A stretch of 64,000 nt of DNA from Octopus vulgaris (GCA_951406725.2 OX597825.1:21266001-21330000); one strand, 5' to 3'; positions 13,901 through 27,627 are shown, numbered from the stretch's first letter. The notes: generated by a model not told the origin, from the sequence alone. Made by a program: numbers and translations.

Positions 13901-14079
13901 AAATACACTAGTTAACCCTAGTTTAAAAAAATAAACGTTGACATTCTAGGCTGTAGTACGTAGTGAGGTACTGCGTATAACGCTTTAATTTTTTTATGTG
14001 GAAGTTTCTTCAGTAGGCATATCATAACAACTTATGTAAGTTTATTTTTGTTTTTTGTGATGCAAGAATAATGTTTTCT

Positions 14080-14970
14080 TGTTTTTGCTTGAGAGTGACG
14101 ACCTGTAACTTTTAACAATTTGAAGAAGGTATTGTTTCTGTTCTTCACCATTGGTTATCAGTTTGTTGTATTCCCCCCATCAGTCGTACACCTCTTTCCG
14201 CAATGTCGTTTACCACTTTGAGTCCATATGTGATATCGCTCGCATTCGCATAACTTTCATCACCATTCTACTCTTCAGCATCTTTTTCAAGAAAAGCGCA
14301 AGGCACCTCTAGGATTAGAAAAGAATCCCTTTGTGTTGGCAGTAACGCAATCCTGCAGTTGTTTCTGCCCAGTAGATTCAGGATTTATTGATGCTCGTTT
14401 GCTCGGTTTTGAGTCAACTGGTTTCTGCAGAGCATGCTTCATTTTGTTTTTTTTTTTGTCTAATGTGAAACAGCTGAATAAAAAAAAAAGATGCAAGCGC
14501 CACACGCTCTTCAGAGATGTACCACAAATGTCTCAATAGCTTAGTTAGTGCAGTACTTGCAATTTTGTCATCCTTTTGCTTGTAGAGCTGCAGACTTTGA
14601 ACAAAATGCAAATCTGAACGGGGTGGGGGCATGAGGGTATATATACCAGGTACCACGATCTGATGTATATCGCAGCTGAAAAACATCAAACATCTCTCAG
14701 TCCTTTTTCCTCTCACTCAGTTTAAACTGAGATTTAAACATGTAAATTTTAATACAGTAAATTAGCTTGGCCATCCATAGTGCTGTGTGATAAGCTCCGG
14801 GTGCTTTAAAGCTGATTCCTGACTTGGGAGGTACTACCTAGAAAAATGAGCGTTAGCTCGAGCAATTCCTTGTAGTCTACACGAGGCTTCTGTTCATCAA
14901 GCTGAGCTTGAGCAAACTGAATGATTTCTTCAGCATCTGAGATTTTCTCTGCAATGTTAGGGTCATCTGT
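14080..14970 (-). pseudogene. hATm-like DNA transposase remnant (frameshifted)
   Basis: Minus-strand frames give PRVDYKELLELTLIFLG, FKAPGAYH..WMAKLIYCIKIYMF, LLRHLWYISEERVALA and LKVVNDIAERGVRLM/EYNKLITNGEEQKQYLLQIVKSYR, motifs of the PGAxHHARWMAK / VVNDxAERGV transposase family. The hATm label is from memory. Confidence 0.7.
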
Positions 14971-15809
14971 TGCTGTTTGTGTGTATATGTGTTTTGTGTT
15001 TTATCCTGTATTTGTTTCGGTAATAAGACTGCTGCGACCAAGCTGGGGCACTGCTTTGAAGGGTTCAGTCGAACAAATCGACCCCAGTTACTTTTTTAAA
15101 ATCCTGTAATTATTCCGTCGTCTCTTTTTTCTGAGCCCCTAATGTGTGTGTGTGTGTGTGTGTGTATGTGTGTGTGTGTGTGTATGTGTGTGTGTGTGTG
15201 TATGTGTGTATGTCTGTCCCTCTGACATCGCATGACAACCGATGTTGGTGTGTTTACCTCCCCGTAATTAGCGATTCGGCAAGAGTGAACGATAGAGTAA
15301 GTACTAGGCTAACAAAGAAAAAAGTCCTGAGGTCGATTTGTTCGACTAAAGGTGGTGCTCCAGCATGGCGGAAACAAATAAAAAAATTAAAAGAATACAT
15401 TCCCTCTGCCGTAAGGCTTCATTTCCACACACGCCAGCTGAATTCAATTAATCCCCAGTCGAAAGACGCCTGTTGTTATGTCAGTTTTCACCCACTTTGC
15501 TCTGAATCTCTTAAGCAGTTGTATGTCAGAGCCAGTAGAAGATGGGAAGGAGACAGAAAATGTACAATAAATAGAGACTAAAAAAATAACAATATACAAA
15601 ATGCTCAGTGGATGGTAGCAACCTCTAAAATATCTGCTGAAATTTTGCATGTTGAGTTTTTGCACTAAATTAAATAAAATTAGAGGGTGTCTTCAAGATT
15701 TTTGAAATATGTTATTTTACATCACTCTAATATATATATAGTCCAAATTTGCAGAAAACAAAAGACGAAAACGGGTGTGGGAACAACAAGCAGGTGTATT
15801 AGTTATGTG

Positions 15810-15847
<38 letters not shown>

Positions 15848-15902
15848 CATATATGTATGTATCTATACACACGACGGTTTACATGTTCCGCCTGCCAAAT
15901 CC

Positions 15903-16133
15903 TATTTCTTTACTACCCACAAGGGGCTAAACACAGAAGGGACAAACAAGGACAGACAAACGGATAAAGTCGACTATATCGACCCCAGTGCATAACTGGT
16001 ACTTTTTTAATCGACCCTGAAAGGATGAAAGGCAAAGTCGACCTCGGCGGAATTTGAACTCAGAACGTAGCGGCAGACAAAATACCGCTAAGCATTTCGC
16101 CCGGCGCGCTAACGTTTCTACCAGCTCGCCGCC
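15903..16133 (-). mobile_element. SINE family C with Tx1-like tail, nested in a SINE-A copy
   Basis: Head ggcggcgagctgg; central gcctttcatcctttc.gggtcga block resembling the Deu/Nin domain. Flanked by direct repeat gccaaatcc at 15894-15902 and 16131-16139. Confidence 0.85.
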
Positions 16134-16364
16134 AAATCCACTCAGATATAAGGTGAGCCCTGCGCTATAGAAGACACTTCCTGAAGGTGTCATACAGTGG
16201 GGTTGGACCCAGGACCGTGGCCACATCGTATAGGCATGAACTTTGTATTCCTTTATCACATCTGTTACATATGTGCCACTACATCACAAAAAAAAAAATG
16301 GTGCCACTCGCCAACTGGCACCATCGGCACTATCACCAACACTACCACCATTACCATCATAACT

Positions 16365-16365
16365 A

Positions 16366-16423
<58 letters not shown>

Positions 16424-16489
16424 ACACTACTACTACTAACACTACTACTACTGACACCGTTAATGCGACCACCACCACCTCTGCTGCTG

Positions 16490-16535
<46 letters not shown>

Positions 16536-16588
16536 CACTACCACTACTGGCACCGCTAATACCACCACCACCACCTCTGCTGCTGTCG

Positions 16589-16620
<32 letters not shown>

Positions 16621-16636
16621 GCTGATGATGCTGCTT

Positions 16637-16677
<41 letters not shown>

Positions 16678-16740
16678 GCTACTACTACTACTACTACTAC
16701 TACTACCACTACTACTACTACATCTACTACTAATGCTGCT
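16365..16740. repeat. (TAC)n-rich trinucleotide array
   Basis: Direct reading. Confidence 0.95.
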
Positions 16741-17066
16741 GACAATGCTAATACCACAATCGTCTCTGCCGCAGCCAACACCACATACCACCCACACTCG
16801 CCACCACCTATACCACCACTACCACCATGACCACAACCAGTCCTTGTCTCTCCCTAACGCCCACACCAACAACTCAATCATAAACTCCCACCCCGCCACC
16901 GCCGCCGCCACCACTCCCCTCCTCCTAACACTCTATACTCGTATTTAAATACCTGTAGGTGTGTTGTGTAAACTGACCACCGACTGCACCTTCCCACGTC
17001 ACCCTCCAGCATCTCTCTATACATAAATATACACAGACGTACGTGCTCACACGTAGATGCATACGT

Positions 17067-17134
<68 letters not shown>

Positions 17135-17165
17135 ATATATATATATATATATATATATCTGTGTG

Positions 17166-17242
<77 letters not shown>

Positions 17243-18215
17243 ATATCTATCTGTCTGACTGTCTGTCTGTCTGTCTGTCTATCTGTCTGTCACACTGTCT
17301 ATCATCTATCAGTTTAGCTATCTATCTAGCGTTGTATATTTTATCGGAAGGGGGAATATATGTGTGTATATATGTGTATGCGTGTATACGTGTGTATGTG
17401 TACATGAATATGCTCACACGTATATGAATATATACATATATTAATGTATGTATGCGTGTATATATGTACGTATATATATATATGTAAGTATATATATATA
17501 TGTGTGTGCATATATATATATGTATATAAATATATATGTACACACACACACATATATATATATACATATATATGCATACACACACACAAAGCGTACAGTT
17601 ATGTACACACAATTTCACAGAACAATCAACATACGAAAGTAAACGTGTGAACACACACACGGACTTGTATAAACATGTGGATATATATATATATATAAAC
17701 ATATGCATGTTAAATACACTCAGCTCACATCACGGACACACACACATACACACAGGCACACACACATATACATAAAGACACACATACACACAGATGTATA
17801 TACATGCTATATATAAATACATATATAATAACATACAAACACGCACGTTCACACGTATAGCTATCCCCAAACACATGTACGCCATCTTGTCTTTCACTCT
17901 TTCTTTCTTCTGCCCCCCCCTTACACACACATACACACATACGCACGCACACTTACACACACTCACACACCCACACACACATACACCCACCCAACCACCA
18001 ACACACACACACACACACCCACACACACAGACACTTTCTCTCTCTTCTTCATCCAAGCAAATACTTCACCCACCAACGCCATTTTAAAATTTTATGTCCC
18101 TTTCACACTCATTCACCAAACACCCACCTTTTATGGCCGATACTAAATCCTTCTCACACACCTTTCTTATATCAATAGCTTTCTTAAGTTTCTAGCTTTT
18201 TTTTGCTATTTTTCT

Positions 18216-18281
<66 letters not shown>

Positions 18282-18368
18282 GTCTATCTATATAGTCATC
18301 CATCCAATTATTTGCCTATGTATGTATGCATGCATGTATGTATGTATGTATGTATGCATGCATGCATG

Positions 18369-18399
<31 letters not shown>

Positions 18400-18514
18400 G
18401 TGTATATGTATGTATATATATATGTCTGTCTATCTATCTCTCGCTCTTTCTTCCTTTCGCTCTCTCTCTCGCTCCCTTTCTGTCTCTCTCTTGTTCCTCC
18501 TCCCTCTCAGTATA

Positions 18515-18597
<83 letters not shown>

Positions 18598-18650
18598 CTG
18601 CAGCTACTACATATATATAATTTACTTGTCTCTCAATCAGTCTCTGTATG

Positions 18651-18726
<76 letters not shown>

Positions 18727-20003
18727 CCTATATGTCTGCCTGTCTGTCTGCCTGTCTGTCCGTCATTCGCTCCCTCATCCTTTGTTTTGCCTTTTCTCAC
18801 TTTCTCCTTGTCTCTATTTTACATGACTCTCTCTTTAAAATCCGTCTTCCTTTAGGTGTCTCCATTCACCTCCCTGTGTCTTCTTCTAATCTTTTTCCCT
18901 ACCCACTTCTCGTCTCTTTCGCATTCCTTTCTTCTAATTTTGTCAGACATTTACTCAAGCCCCCTTTTTTCACTCTCTTCTTGACCCTTAAATTTAATTT
19001 TTCTATTGTCGTTTCGTTTCGTGAATCTCCACTAATCTCTCTGAAAAAGCAACAACAACAACAACAACAATAAAAAAAAAGACAATATATGTTTACCCTT
19101 GTTACACGTTTGAAATACCAAGCAATTTTACTCCCGGCCCCTTCTCCATCTCTCCATCGCTCTCTCTCTCTCTCTCACTCTCTTTCCCTCTGTCTCTTTG
19201 CTCTACCTCCTATTAATACTCAATCCCAAATCCCACTTCGCCATCCACCACCACTTAAAATTCCATGCACTGATATACTTGAGAAAAGGGGGCCCAAAAG
19301 CTGATTATAGGCTCTTTCTCTCACACATTGGTGAGATACCAAACAATCTTTCTACAGGCACGCTTCTCTACTCGCTGCTAACTACCCGCCATCACTGTTT
19401 CTTGTCTTTCGATATTTTTGCTGTAATCTGCCGGAAGTGTTCTCCAGATGTCTTCCACGTATATATATATTGACGGGATATTATGAGATATCAGATATCT
19501 ATTCTTCTTTTTATTATTATTGTTGTTGTTGTTGTTGTTGTTGCAAGGTAGAATCGTTATTAAGCTAGTAGAATATGTTATTACGCCGGACAAACTGCTT
19601 AACAGCATTTCTTCTGGTTGTACGGGTTCAAATTCCACCGCAGTTAGCTTTGTCTTTCATCCTTTCTAGATCGATGAAATAAAGTACCAGCTGGGCACTG
19701 GAGTCGATATGATCAACTTACCGTACAATTTTAGGGCCTATGCCTATATCAGAAAAAAATTGTAGCTGTTGTTGTCATTTAGCCCTGGGCTAAGTTTGAC
19801 TGAATAAACGTGAAACGTTCCAGCGATGGCCACCAAGTGTCTGGAGAGAGAATGCTATCAATAAAATCTCTCTCTTTCTCTCTCTCTTTATTGCACACAC
19901 ACAAACACGCACACACACATACACATACACATACATACACACATACGTACATACATACATACACACACACACACAGACACACACGCACACAGACACACAT
20001 ATA

Positions 20004-20420
20004 GGCGCAGGAGTGGCTGTGTGGTAAGTAGCTTGCTAACCAACCACATGGTTGCGGGTTCAGTCCCACTGCGTGGCATCTTGGGCAAGTGGCTTCTGCT
20101 ATAGCCCCGGGCCGACCAATGCCTTGTGATTGGATTTGGTAGACGGAAACTGAAAAGAAGCCTGTCGTATATATGTATATATATATATATGTGTGTGTGT
20201 GTGTTTGTGTGTCTGTGTTTGTCCCCCTAGCATTGCTTGACAACCGATGCTGGTGTGTTTACGTCCCCGCCACTTAGCGGTTCGGCGAAAGAGGCCGATA
20301 GAATAAGTACTGGGCTTACAAAGAATAAGTTCCGGGGTCGATTTGATCGACTAAAGGCGGTGCTCCAGCATGGCCGCAGTCAAATGACTGAAACAAGTAA
20401 AAGAGTAAAGAGTAAAGAGT
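20004..20420 (+). mobile_element. SINE family A, full length
   Basis: ggcgcaggagtggctgtgtggtaag...gaaacaagtaaaagagtaaagag. Confidence 0.9.
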
Positions 20421-20766
20421 ATATAAATCCAAAAAATAGAACAGGAACGCAACACACGACAAGAAAACATACAAAGACGGACAGGAAAAAACAAGGACGG
20501 GTCAATAGCAGCCTTCCCTCATCAGTCACGTTTCCAGATCATCCTTACATCGGCCAAGCATGTTCTTTCTTTCTTGACTCGACTGCTGACCGCGAAGATT
20601 CTCTTATATTCCTGTCTCATCTCCTGTGTTCCTGCCTCAGGAACACAGGAGCTGACCGTCTTTGTATCGTCTATCTGTCTGTCTTTGTATCGTTTATCTG
20701 TCCCGGTGTTTTATATTGTTGCCTGTTGCATTCTTGTTTTATTGTTTGGATTTATATATACATATA

Positions 20767-21173
20767 GCGCAGGAGTGGCTGTGTGGTAAGTAGCTTGTTC
20801 ACCAACCACATGGTTCCGGGTTCAGTCCCACTGCGTGGCACCTTGGGCAAGTGTCTTCTACTATAGCCTCGGGCCGACCAAAGCCTTGTGAGTGGATTTG
20901 GTAGACGGAAACTGAATGAAGCCCGTCGTATATATGTATATATATATATATGCGTGTTTGTGTGTCTGTGTTTGTCCCCCTAGCATTGCTTGACAACCGA
21001 TGCTGGTGTGTTTATGTTCCCGTCACTTAGCGGTTCGGCAAAAGAGACCGATAGAATAAATACTGGGCTTACAAAAGAATAAGTCCCGGGGTCGAGTTGC
21101 TCGATTAAAGGCGGTGCTCCAGCATGGCCGCAGTCAAATGACTGAAACAAGTAAAAGAGAAAGAGTAAAGAGT
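20767..21173 (+). mobile_element. SINE family A, full length
   Basis: Highly similar to 20004-20420, same orientation. Confidence 0.9.
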
Positions 21174-21295
21174 ATAGCGGCGTACGTACACGTTTGCTTA
21201 CCTTGTAAGTAAGTAAGACTCACTTGAATTAGGTACTTAAGTTGAAGCACCAAATCAGTGCGGTATTATCCGTACAACTCAAAGTAAGGTGAATA

Positions 21296-21733
21296 AAATC
21301 AAAATAAGCAACAGGATATCAAGAGGTGATGCACTATGACCATTGCAAACGGCTCCATTTAATTGAACAATGCAATCATTATACCAGTTTAAATACAGGT
21401 CTATCCTCAGCTGCATAAATGAATAAATAGAATTTTTAATCAGTTGGACACATTAATATCATTTTACTTAAAGGCTCTAATAGCGCAAGAAGACGGAAAG
21501 AGTCCAACATGTTGGATTCTTTCCGTCTTCTTGCGCTATTAGAGCATTTGAGTAAAATTATATTAATGTGTCCAACTGATTAAATATTCTATTTATTACT
21601 TATTTATTTATTTCTTCAGCTGAGGATAGCCCTGTATTTAAATTGATGTAGTGATTACATTGTTCAATTAAATGGAGCCGTTTGAAACAGTCGTACTGCA
21701 TCACCTCTTGATATCATGTTGCTTAATTTGATT
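21296..21733. repeat. Spacer-less palindrome (~215-bp arms) of a hammerhead-bearing Penelope-like terminal repeat
   Basis: Centre ccaacatgttgg at 21509/21510. Arms are near-perfect at the centre and diverged distally. A single-arm homologue lies at 45820-46000. Confidence 0.85.
21617..21698 (+). ncRNA. Type-I hammerhead ribozyme motif
   Basis: cag-CTGAGGA(21620-21626)-long AT-rich stem II-GAAAC(21684-21688)-AGTC-GTA(21693-21695)-ctg. Confidence 0.55.
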
Positions 21734-22335
21734 ACATATACACTTATATGTATACATGTGTATGTATCGTGGTTATGCATTGAAGATTTGTACGTAACGT
21801 GTAAAATATATCAAGGATAGGTGTACATGGGTGTGGCGAGTGTCTCGAGTGTATGGTGACACGTGTGTGTGGTATGCTAGTTCTTATTTCCACACAAAAG
21901 ACTCACTCTTGTATCTAGCAGTATGAATGCACCAATCTTTCATATATACTGTCGTAGTTATGACGCAAAAGACAAATGGTTGCGTGTTACGTAATATGTG
22001 AAGTCACCAGTCCTTTGTATTTTGCCCCGGCGTATGATAGCATACATTTTATACAGTGTCTGATGAACAATATAAAGGGCCCCACACCAATAATAAACAA
22101 AAAAGAAAAACAGAGCTTATGTCGACCTGCAGACACAGCATGTTATTTGTCCTATCCTTTCTTTCTCTCATTTTATATTTGTTTTAGGAACCCCTGGAGA
22201 TTGTTGATACCAAATTCATAGATATTATGGTGAAACTATGGTACAGAAATACTTGCAACCATTATATGTGTGCCTGCTTTTTGAGCTTGCGTGTGTCTGA
22301 GCATGTATGTAAATGTGTGTGTATGTTTGTGTATG

Positions 22336-22374
<39 letters not shown>

Positions 22375-22600
22375 AATTTTGCGCACGTAGTAATAGGATA
22401 GCTGAAGGTAAAAATATTTAGTTTTCTTCCAATACGCTTTGGGTTACTACTTTAATGTCCTTCTTCACGGGATAAATTTATACTTATTCATCATTGAATG
22501 ACAAAGGAACAGGAGTTATATAATCAACTTAATATTGAGTTCTTACAACTGGTTATTAGAATCACAATGACTAAGGGAAATCACAATACAGACACACACA

Positions 22601-22680
<80 letters not shown>

Positions 22681-22807
22681 TATATAAGTGTGTGTGTCTG
22701 TATTGTGATTTCGCTTAGTCATTGTGATTCTAAGAACCAGCTGTAAGAACTCAATATATATATATATATATATATATAAGTGTGTGTGTGTGTGTGTGTG
22801 TATGTGT

Positions 22808-23080
22808 GGAGGCGCATGGCCGAGTGATTAGAGCAGCGGACTCCCGGTCGAGGGATCGCAGGTTTGAATCTCAGACCGGGCGATGTGTGTGTTTATGCGC
22901 GAAACACCTAAGGTCTACGTGGCTCCGGCAGAAGGTAAGGGCGAACCTCTGCTGACTCTTTTGCCACAACTTTCTCTCACTCTTTCCTCCTGCATCTTGC
23001 AGCTCACCTGCAACGGACCGGTGTCCCGTCAAGGTGGGGAATCTATACGCCAAGGAAACCGGGAAACCGTCCCTAATGAG
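22808..23080 (+). mobile_element. SINE family B
   Basis: Head ggaggcgcatggccgagtgattagagcagcgg...ggtttgaatctc. Confidence 0.8.
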
Positions 23081-23098
23081 TCATACATACACACATAC

Positions 23099-23223
<125 letters not shown>

Positions 23224-23722
23224 TATATTAAATTAGAGATAAAACCACTATTAGGCAAATAAAACAGTGAAAAACATAAGCCAATGCAAAAAATTAATTT
23301 AAAATATAAAAATTAAAAATTAAAAATTATATAATTTAAACTTATAAATTTTATATATATATACAAATATATATATATATATGTATGTATGTATATTTTT
23401 ATATTTATATATTATTTTATTAATTAATTAATTAATTTATTTATTTACTTTTTTAAAAATATATATCAAAAGTATTAAAAGTTAAAAAAACAAAAAAATA
23501 AAAAAATAAAAATAAATAAATAAATAAATAAATAGATAAATAAATTAATTAATTTATAAAATAATATATAAATATAAAAATATACATACATGCATATATA
23601 TATATATATTTGTATATATATATATAAAATTTATAAGTTTAAATAATTTAAATAATTTTTTATTTTTATTTTTATATTTTAAATTAATTTTATGTATTGG
23701 CTGTTTATATTAACTTTGTCCG

Positions 23723-23769
<47 letters not shown>

Positions 23770-24077
23770 GTATGTGTGTGTGTGTGTATGTGTTTTGTGA
23801 TTTCGCTTAGTCATTGTGATTCTGATAATCAGTTGTAAGAATTCAATATTAAGTTGATTACATAAGTCCTGTTCCTTTGTCATTCGATAGTGAATAAGTA
23901 TAAATATGCACGTGTGTGTGCGTATGTGTGTGTATGTGTATGTGTGTGAGAGAGAGAAAGGGAGAGAGAGAAGGAAAAGTATGATTCTGTCGACGTCGAA
24001 ATCATGGGAACGCCACCCTTCAGTTACGAAGCCTTGTAGCTACTCTCCAGAGTTGTAACTCTAAGCTGCTATGTATG

Positions 24078-24352
24078 CGTGGTCTAATCAATAAATACCC
24101 GGACTTTTGAGATAGTAACGAAACTAAAGCTCGCAGAGTAAAGCCACTTGACACAGATTGACCTTTAACTCTACTGTGCATGTGCACTAAGTTTTAACGT
24201 TCTAGCTCACTTCCGCTATTTGCAGAAGTGTTTGGAAGGAAAGTGTGTAGCGTGTGATCGTCGCATTGACCATGACAGAAGAAGTTGAGCAGAGATTCTG
24301 CAGCAAACTTTGCCAAAAGCATGGCGATACCTGCTCAGAGGCCTACGCAAAG
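24078..24352 (+). mobile_element. mariner-type transposon 5' end (TIR plus start of HTH)
   Basis: Terminus cgtggtctaatcaataaatacccggact, then MTEEVEQRFCSKLCQKHGDTCSEAYAK, resembling the Mos1/SETMAR-type EQRxCIKFC motif. Confidence 0.7.
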
Positions 24353-24815
24353 TGCTCATCGTTCTACACACAACGAAGGAAATCTTGTGCAACTGAAACC
24401 CGAGTGTCTTTTTGGTCAGCTGAAAGCAATTTTGGCACAAACTTGGCAGACACTCATTTCATACCCAAATTTTCTGTGATAATGGCCTGAACTGACCGTA
24501 ACTACTCAGCACAGCCTCTGATGACACACAGATGGTAATTCGACGATTTCCCCTCACAGCTGCATGCACATCTGCGATGTTTTTTCTCAGTTCTGCTGAT
24601 TGCGGGTCTCCAAGAACGTTCGTCAATATCGACAATTTTCGGCCATTCTGGAAACGTCTGAACCATTCGTACACTTTGTCTGCAGCTCATATACTCCTCT
24701 CCATAACTTTCTGCAACCTTGCGTAGACCTCTCAGTAGGTATCGCCATTACAAGTTTCTCTGTCATGGTCAATGTGACGATCACACACTACACACCTGCC
24801 TTCCAAGCAATGCTG
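24353..24815 (-). pseudogene. mariner transposase N-terminal remnant
   Basis: VYEWFRRFQNGRK, DERS.RPAISRTEK, IADVHAAVRGNRRITI and VSAKFVPKLLSADQK across frameshifts. Confidence 0.8.
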
Positions 24816-25639
24816 TAAACGGCAGAAGGGAACTAGAAGGTTAAAACGACCGGTGTTGGTTTGTTGGTGCCCCCGTAACTTAACGGTTCGGGGAAAAATG
24901 GAACGATAGTGCAAGTACCAGACTTTTAACAAAACGTCCTGGGTTCGATTAATTACGACTAAACATTTTAAGGTAGTGCCACAATATGGCCGCAGTCTAA
25001 TGACTGAAACAAGTAACACACACACACACATACACACACACACACACATACACACACACAATCACACACACATACACACATGCACACACATACACACACA
25101 CACACGCATACACGCACATATACACACACATACACACGCATACACACACATACACATACACAATCACACACACATACACACATGCACACACATACACACA
25201 CGCATACACATACACGCACATATACACACACATACACACGCATACACACACATACACACACATACACATGCATACACACATACACACACACATACACACA
25301 CATGCACACACACACACACACACATACATACCGCTTTAATACACATAACATTTCAGTGTCAGTGTGAAAAGTAAATAAAGTGGATAAGTCATTAGTTGTA
25401 TCTGTCGCCGTTGGAGAAGGTGGTGGTGGTGGTGGTGGGGGTGTAGTTTTGTTGCCGTGTGATGCTGGGGGGGTGGGGGGTGGACGGTATGATGGTGGTG
25501 GTGTGAAGGAAGGTGTGGTCTTGGTGCGTAGGTGGCATGTAAGATGGGGTGGGCGGCGGCGGTGGGGGTCGGTAGATCGCCGTTAGTTTTGTATGAAGAT
25601 TTCTAACAAGGACAACATATTGAATAAACAGAACATACA

Positions 25640-25672
<33 letters not shown>

Positions 25673-25718
25673 GGACACGCACACACAGATACACAGACAG
25701 ACACACAGACACATACAG

Positions 25719-25752
<34 letters not shown>

Positions 25753-25759
25753 CAATTTT

Positions 25760-26490
25760 AATAGAATGAGATCAAAATCCAAGGCTGTGAAATATTTCAG
25801 AACATTTATAAAGAGAAGATCTTACAGCTGTTTTCGAAACATTTTATATATTCCTTCATCGAATACGGTGTGAGAAGATGGTTAAGCAATAATTATTCTA
25901 GACTAGCAGTATCGCCCGGCGTTGCTCGGGTTTGTAAGGGAAATAACTATAAAGCATTTTTAGAGAGTTATAGCAAAAAAATGGAAAAAAAATGATGGTA
26001 AATTTTTTTTAGTTAAAAAGGTCGAGTTGCGTCCCCTAGACAGTCTGTGGTTTGTATTTCTGATTCTCGACCCCATGTCGAATTTATCGATTTTTTTCAG
26101 AACTGGGGGAACTTTTCAAAATTTTCGCTGCGTTAGTTTTGAATTATGACATTGGGCTATGTGTGTGTCAAGTTTCATCAGAATCGGTTGAAAGCCGTGG
26201 TCAGGGTGAGGGTACAACCTAACAGACACACAGACACACACACAGACAAACTGCCGTTTATATATAGAGAGATAAGATATGAAATTGGGAGTGAAGTGGA
26301 GGAATGAAAATAGACATGAGGTATGTGGGGATACTGCATCTGCCGCTCCTTTATTTAGGCAGAATGTTATACATATAAGATTCCTGTACATTGTGAGTAA
26401 GTTCAAATAGTATTTAAAATTGGTCATTCCAAGCATAGAGTTTGTAAGCAGTGTTATTGAATCGACGGTTTTTATATAAGTAAAAAAAAA
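25760..26490 (-). mobile_element. Decayed Penelope-like 3' end, interrupted by a Helitron
   Basis: Minus strand has an LCLE-like motif near 26435 and a degenerate hammerhead tcGATGA...GAAAACAGCTGTA near 25822-25862. Confidence 0.4.
25903..26272 (-). mobile_element. Non-autonomous Helitron
   Basis: Minus strand reads A|TCTCTCTATATATAAAC + (GTCT/GT)n ... subterminal hairpin cccgagcaacgccggg ... CTAG|T. These are canonical TC/CTAG ends at an AT site. Confidence 0.85.
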
Positions 26491-27180
26491 CCCTCCATGT
26501 ATGTATGTATATGTATGTATTATGTACGTAAGTATGTATGTATGTATGTATGTATGTATGTATGTATGTATGTATGTATGTATGTATGTATGTATGTATG
26601 TATGTATGTACGTATGTATGTATGTATGTATGTATGTATGTATGTATGTATATATGGCATTATTCAGATGTATTTGAAGATTTTTTGCCGATAGAGAAAG
26701 AACCGATTTCTAACCTAGATCCAAGGCTCCTTCATTGGAATTTCAGCATCAGTATGTATGTATGTATGTATGTATGTATGTATGTATGTATGTATGTATG
26801 TATGTATGTATGTATGTATGTATGTGTGTGTGCGTATGTATGTATGTATTTATGTATGTATGTATTTATGTATGTATATATGCAGATTAGTATGCTTTGT
26901 TTAATGTATATATATTCTCATGCATAGAGTTGCATATCGAAACATGCTCATATATATTTAAATGATAAACTTTTGGAAAGTTTTACAGAGTTTTACAGTT
27001 CCAGTGATGGATTGGATCTGCAGTCTTCGAATTAACTTTCTCCTTTCTGGTTTTGAGAAGCTTAATTTCTCAAGATTGGTATTTAGGCAGTGTATGGATG
27101 TATGTATGTACGTACGTATGTATGTATGTATGTATGTATGTATGTATGTATGTATGTATGTATGTATGTATGTATGTATG

Positions 27181-27211
<31 letters not shown>

Positions 27212-27449
27212 CTATGTATGGTATGTATGTATTGTATGTATGTTTGTATTGGTTGTGTGGATGGTGATAATCGGACTCATTGGATTCGGGTGGAGCAGGA
27301 TACAATAACAACGACGCCAACAGCAACAACAACCAACAATAACAACAACAACAATTGCGATAACAATCAATTTATTGAAAAAAAAACAACAAATAAATAA
27401 AATAAATTTTAATAGCAACGAAAGCCATAGTTGACAGGCTTATTGGATA

Positions 27450-27564
27450 GTAGCAGCAGCAGCAGCAGCAGCAGCAGCGGCAGCAGTGGCAGTAGTAGTG
27501 GTAGTAGTAGTTGTTATTGTTGTAGGAGTAGACATAATAGTTGACGTTGTAGTAGTTGATCTAA

Positions 27565-27600
<36 letters not shown>

Positions 27601-27627
27601 ATCTAGTAGTATTAGTAGTAGTTGATC

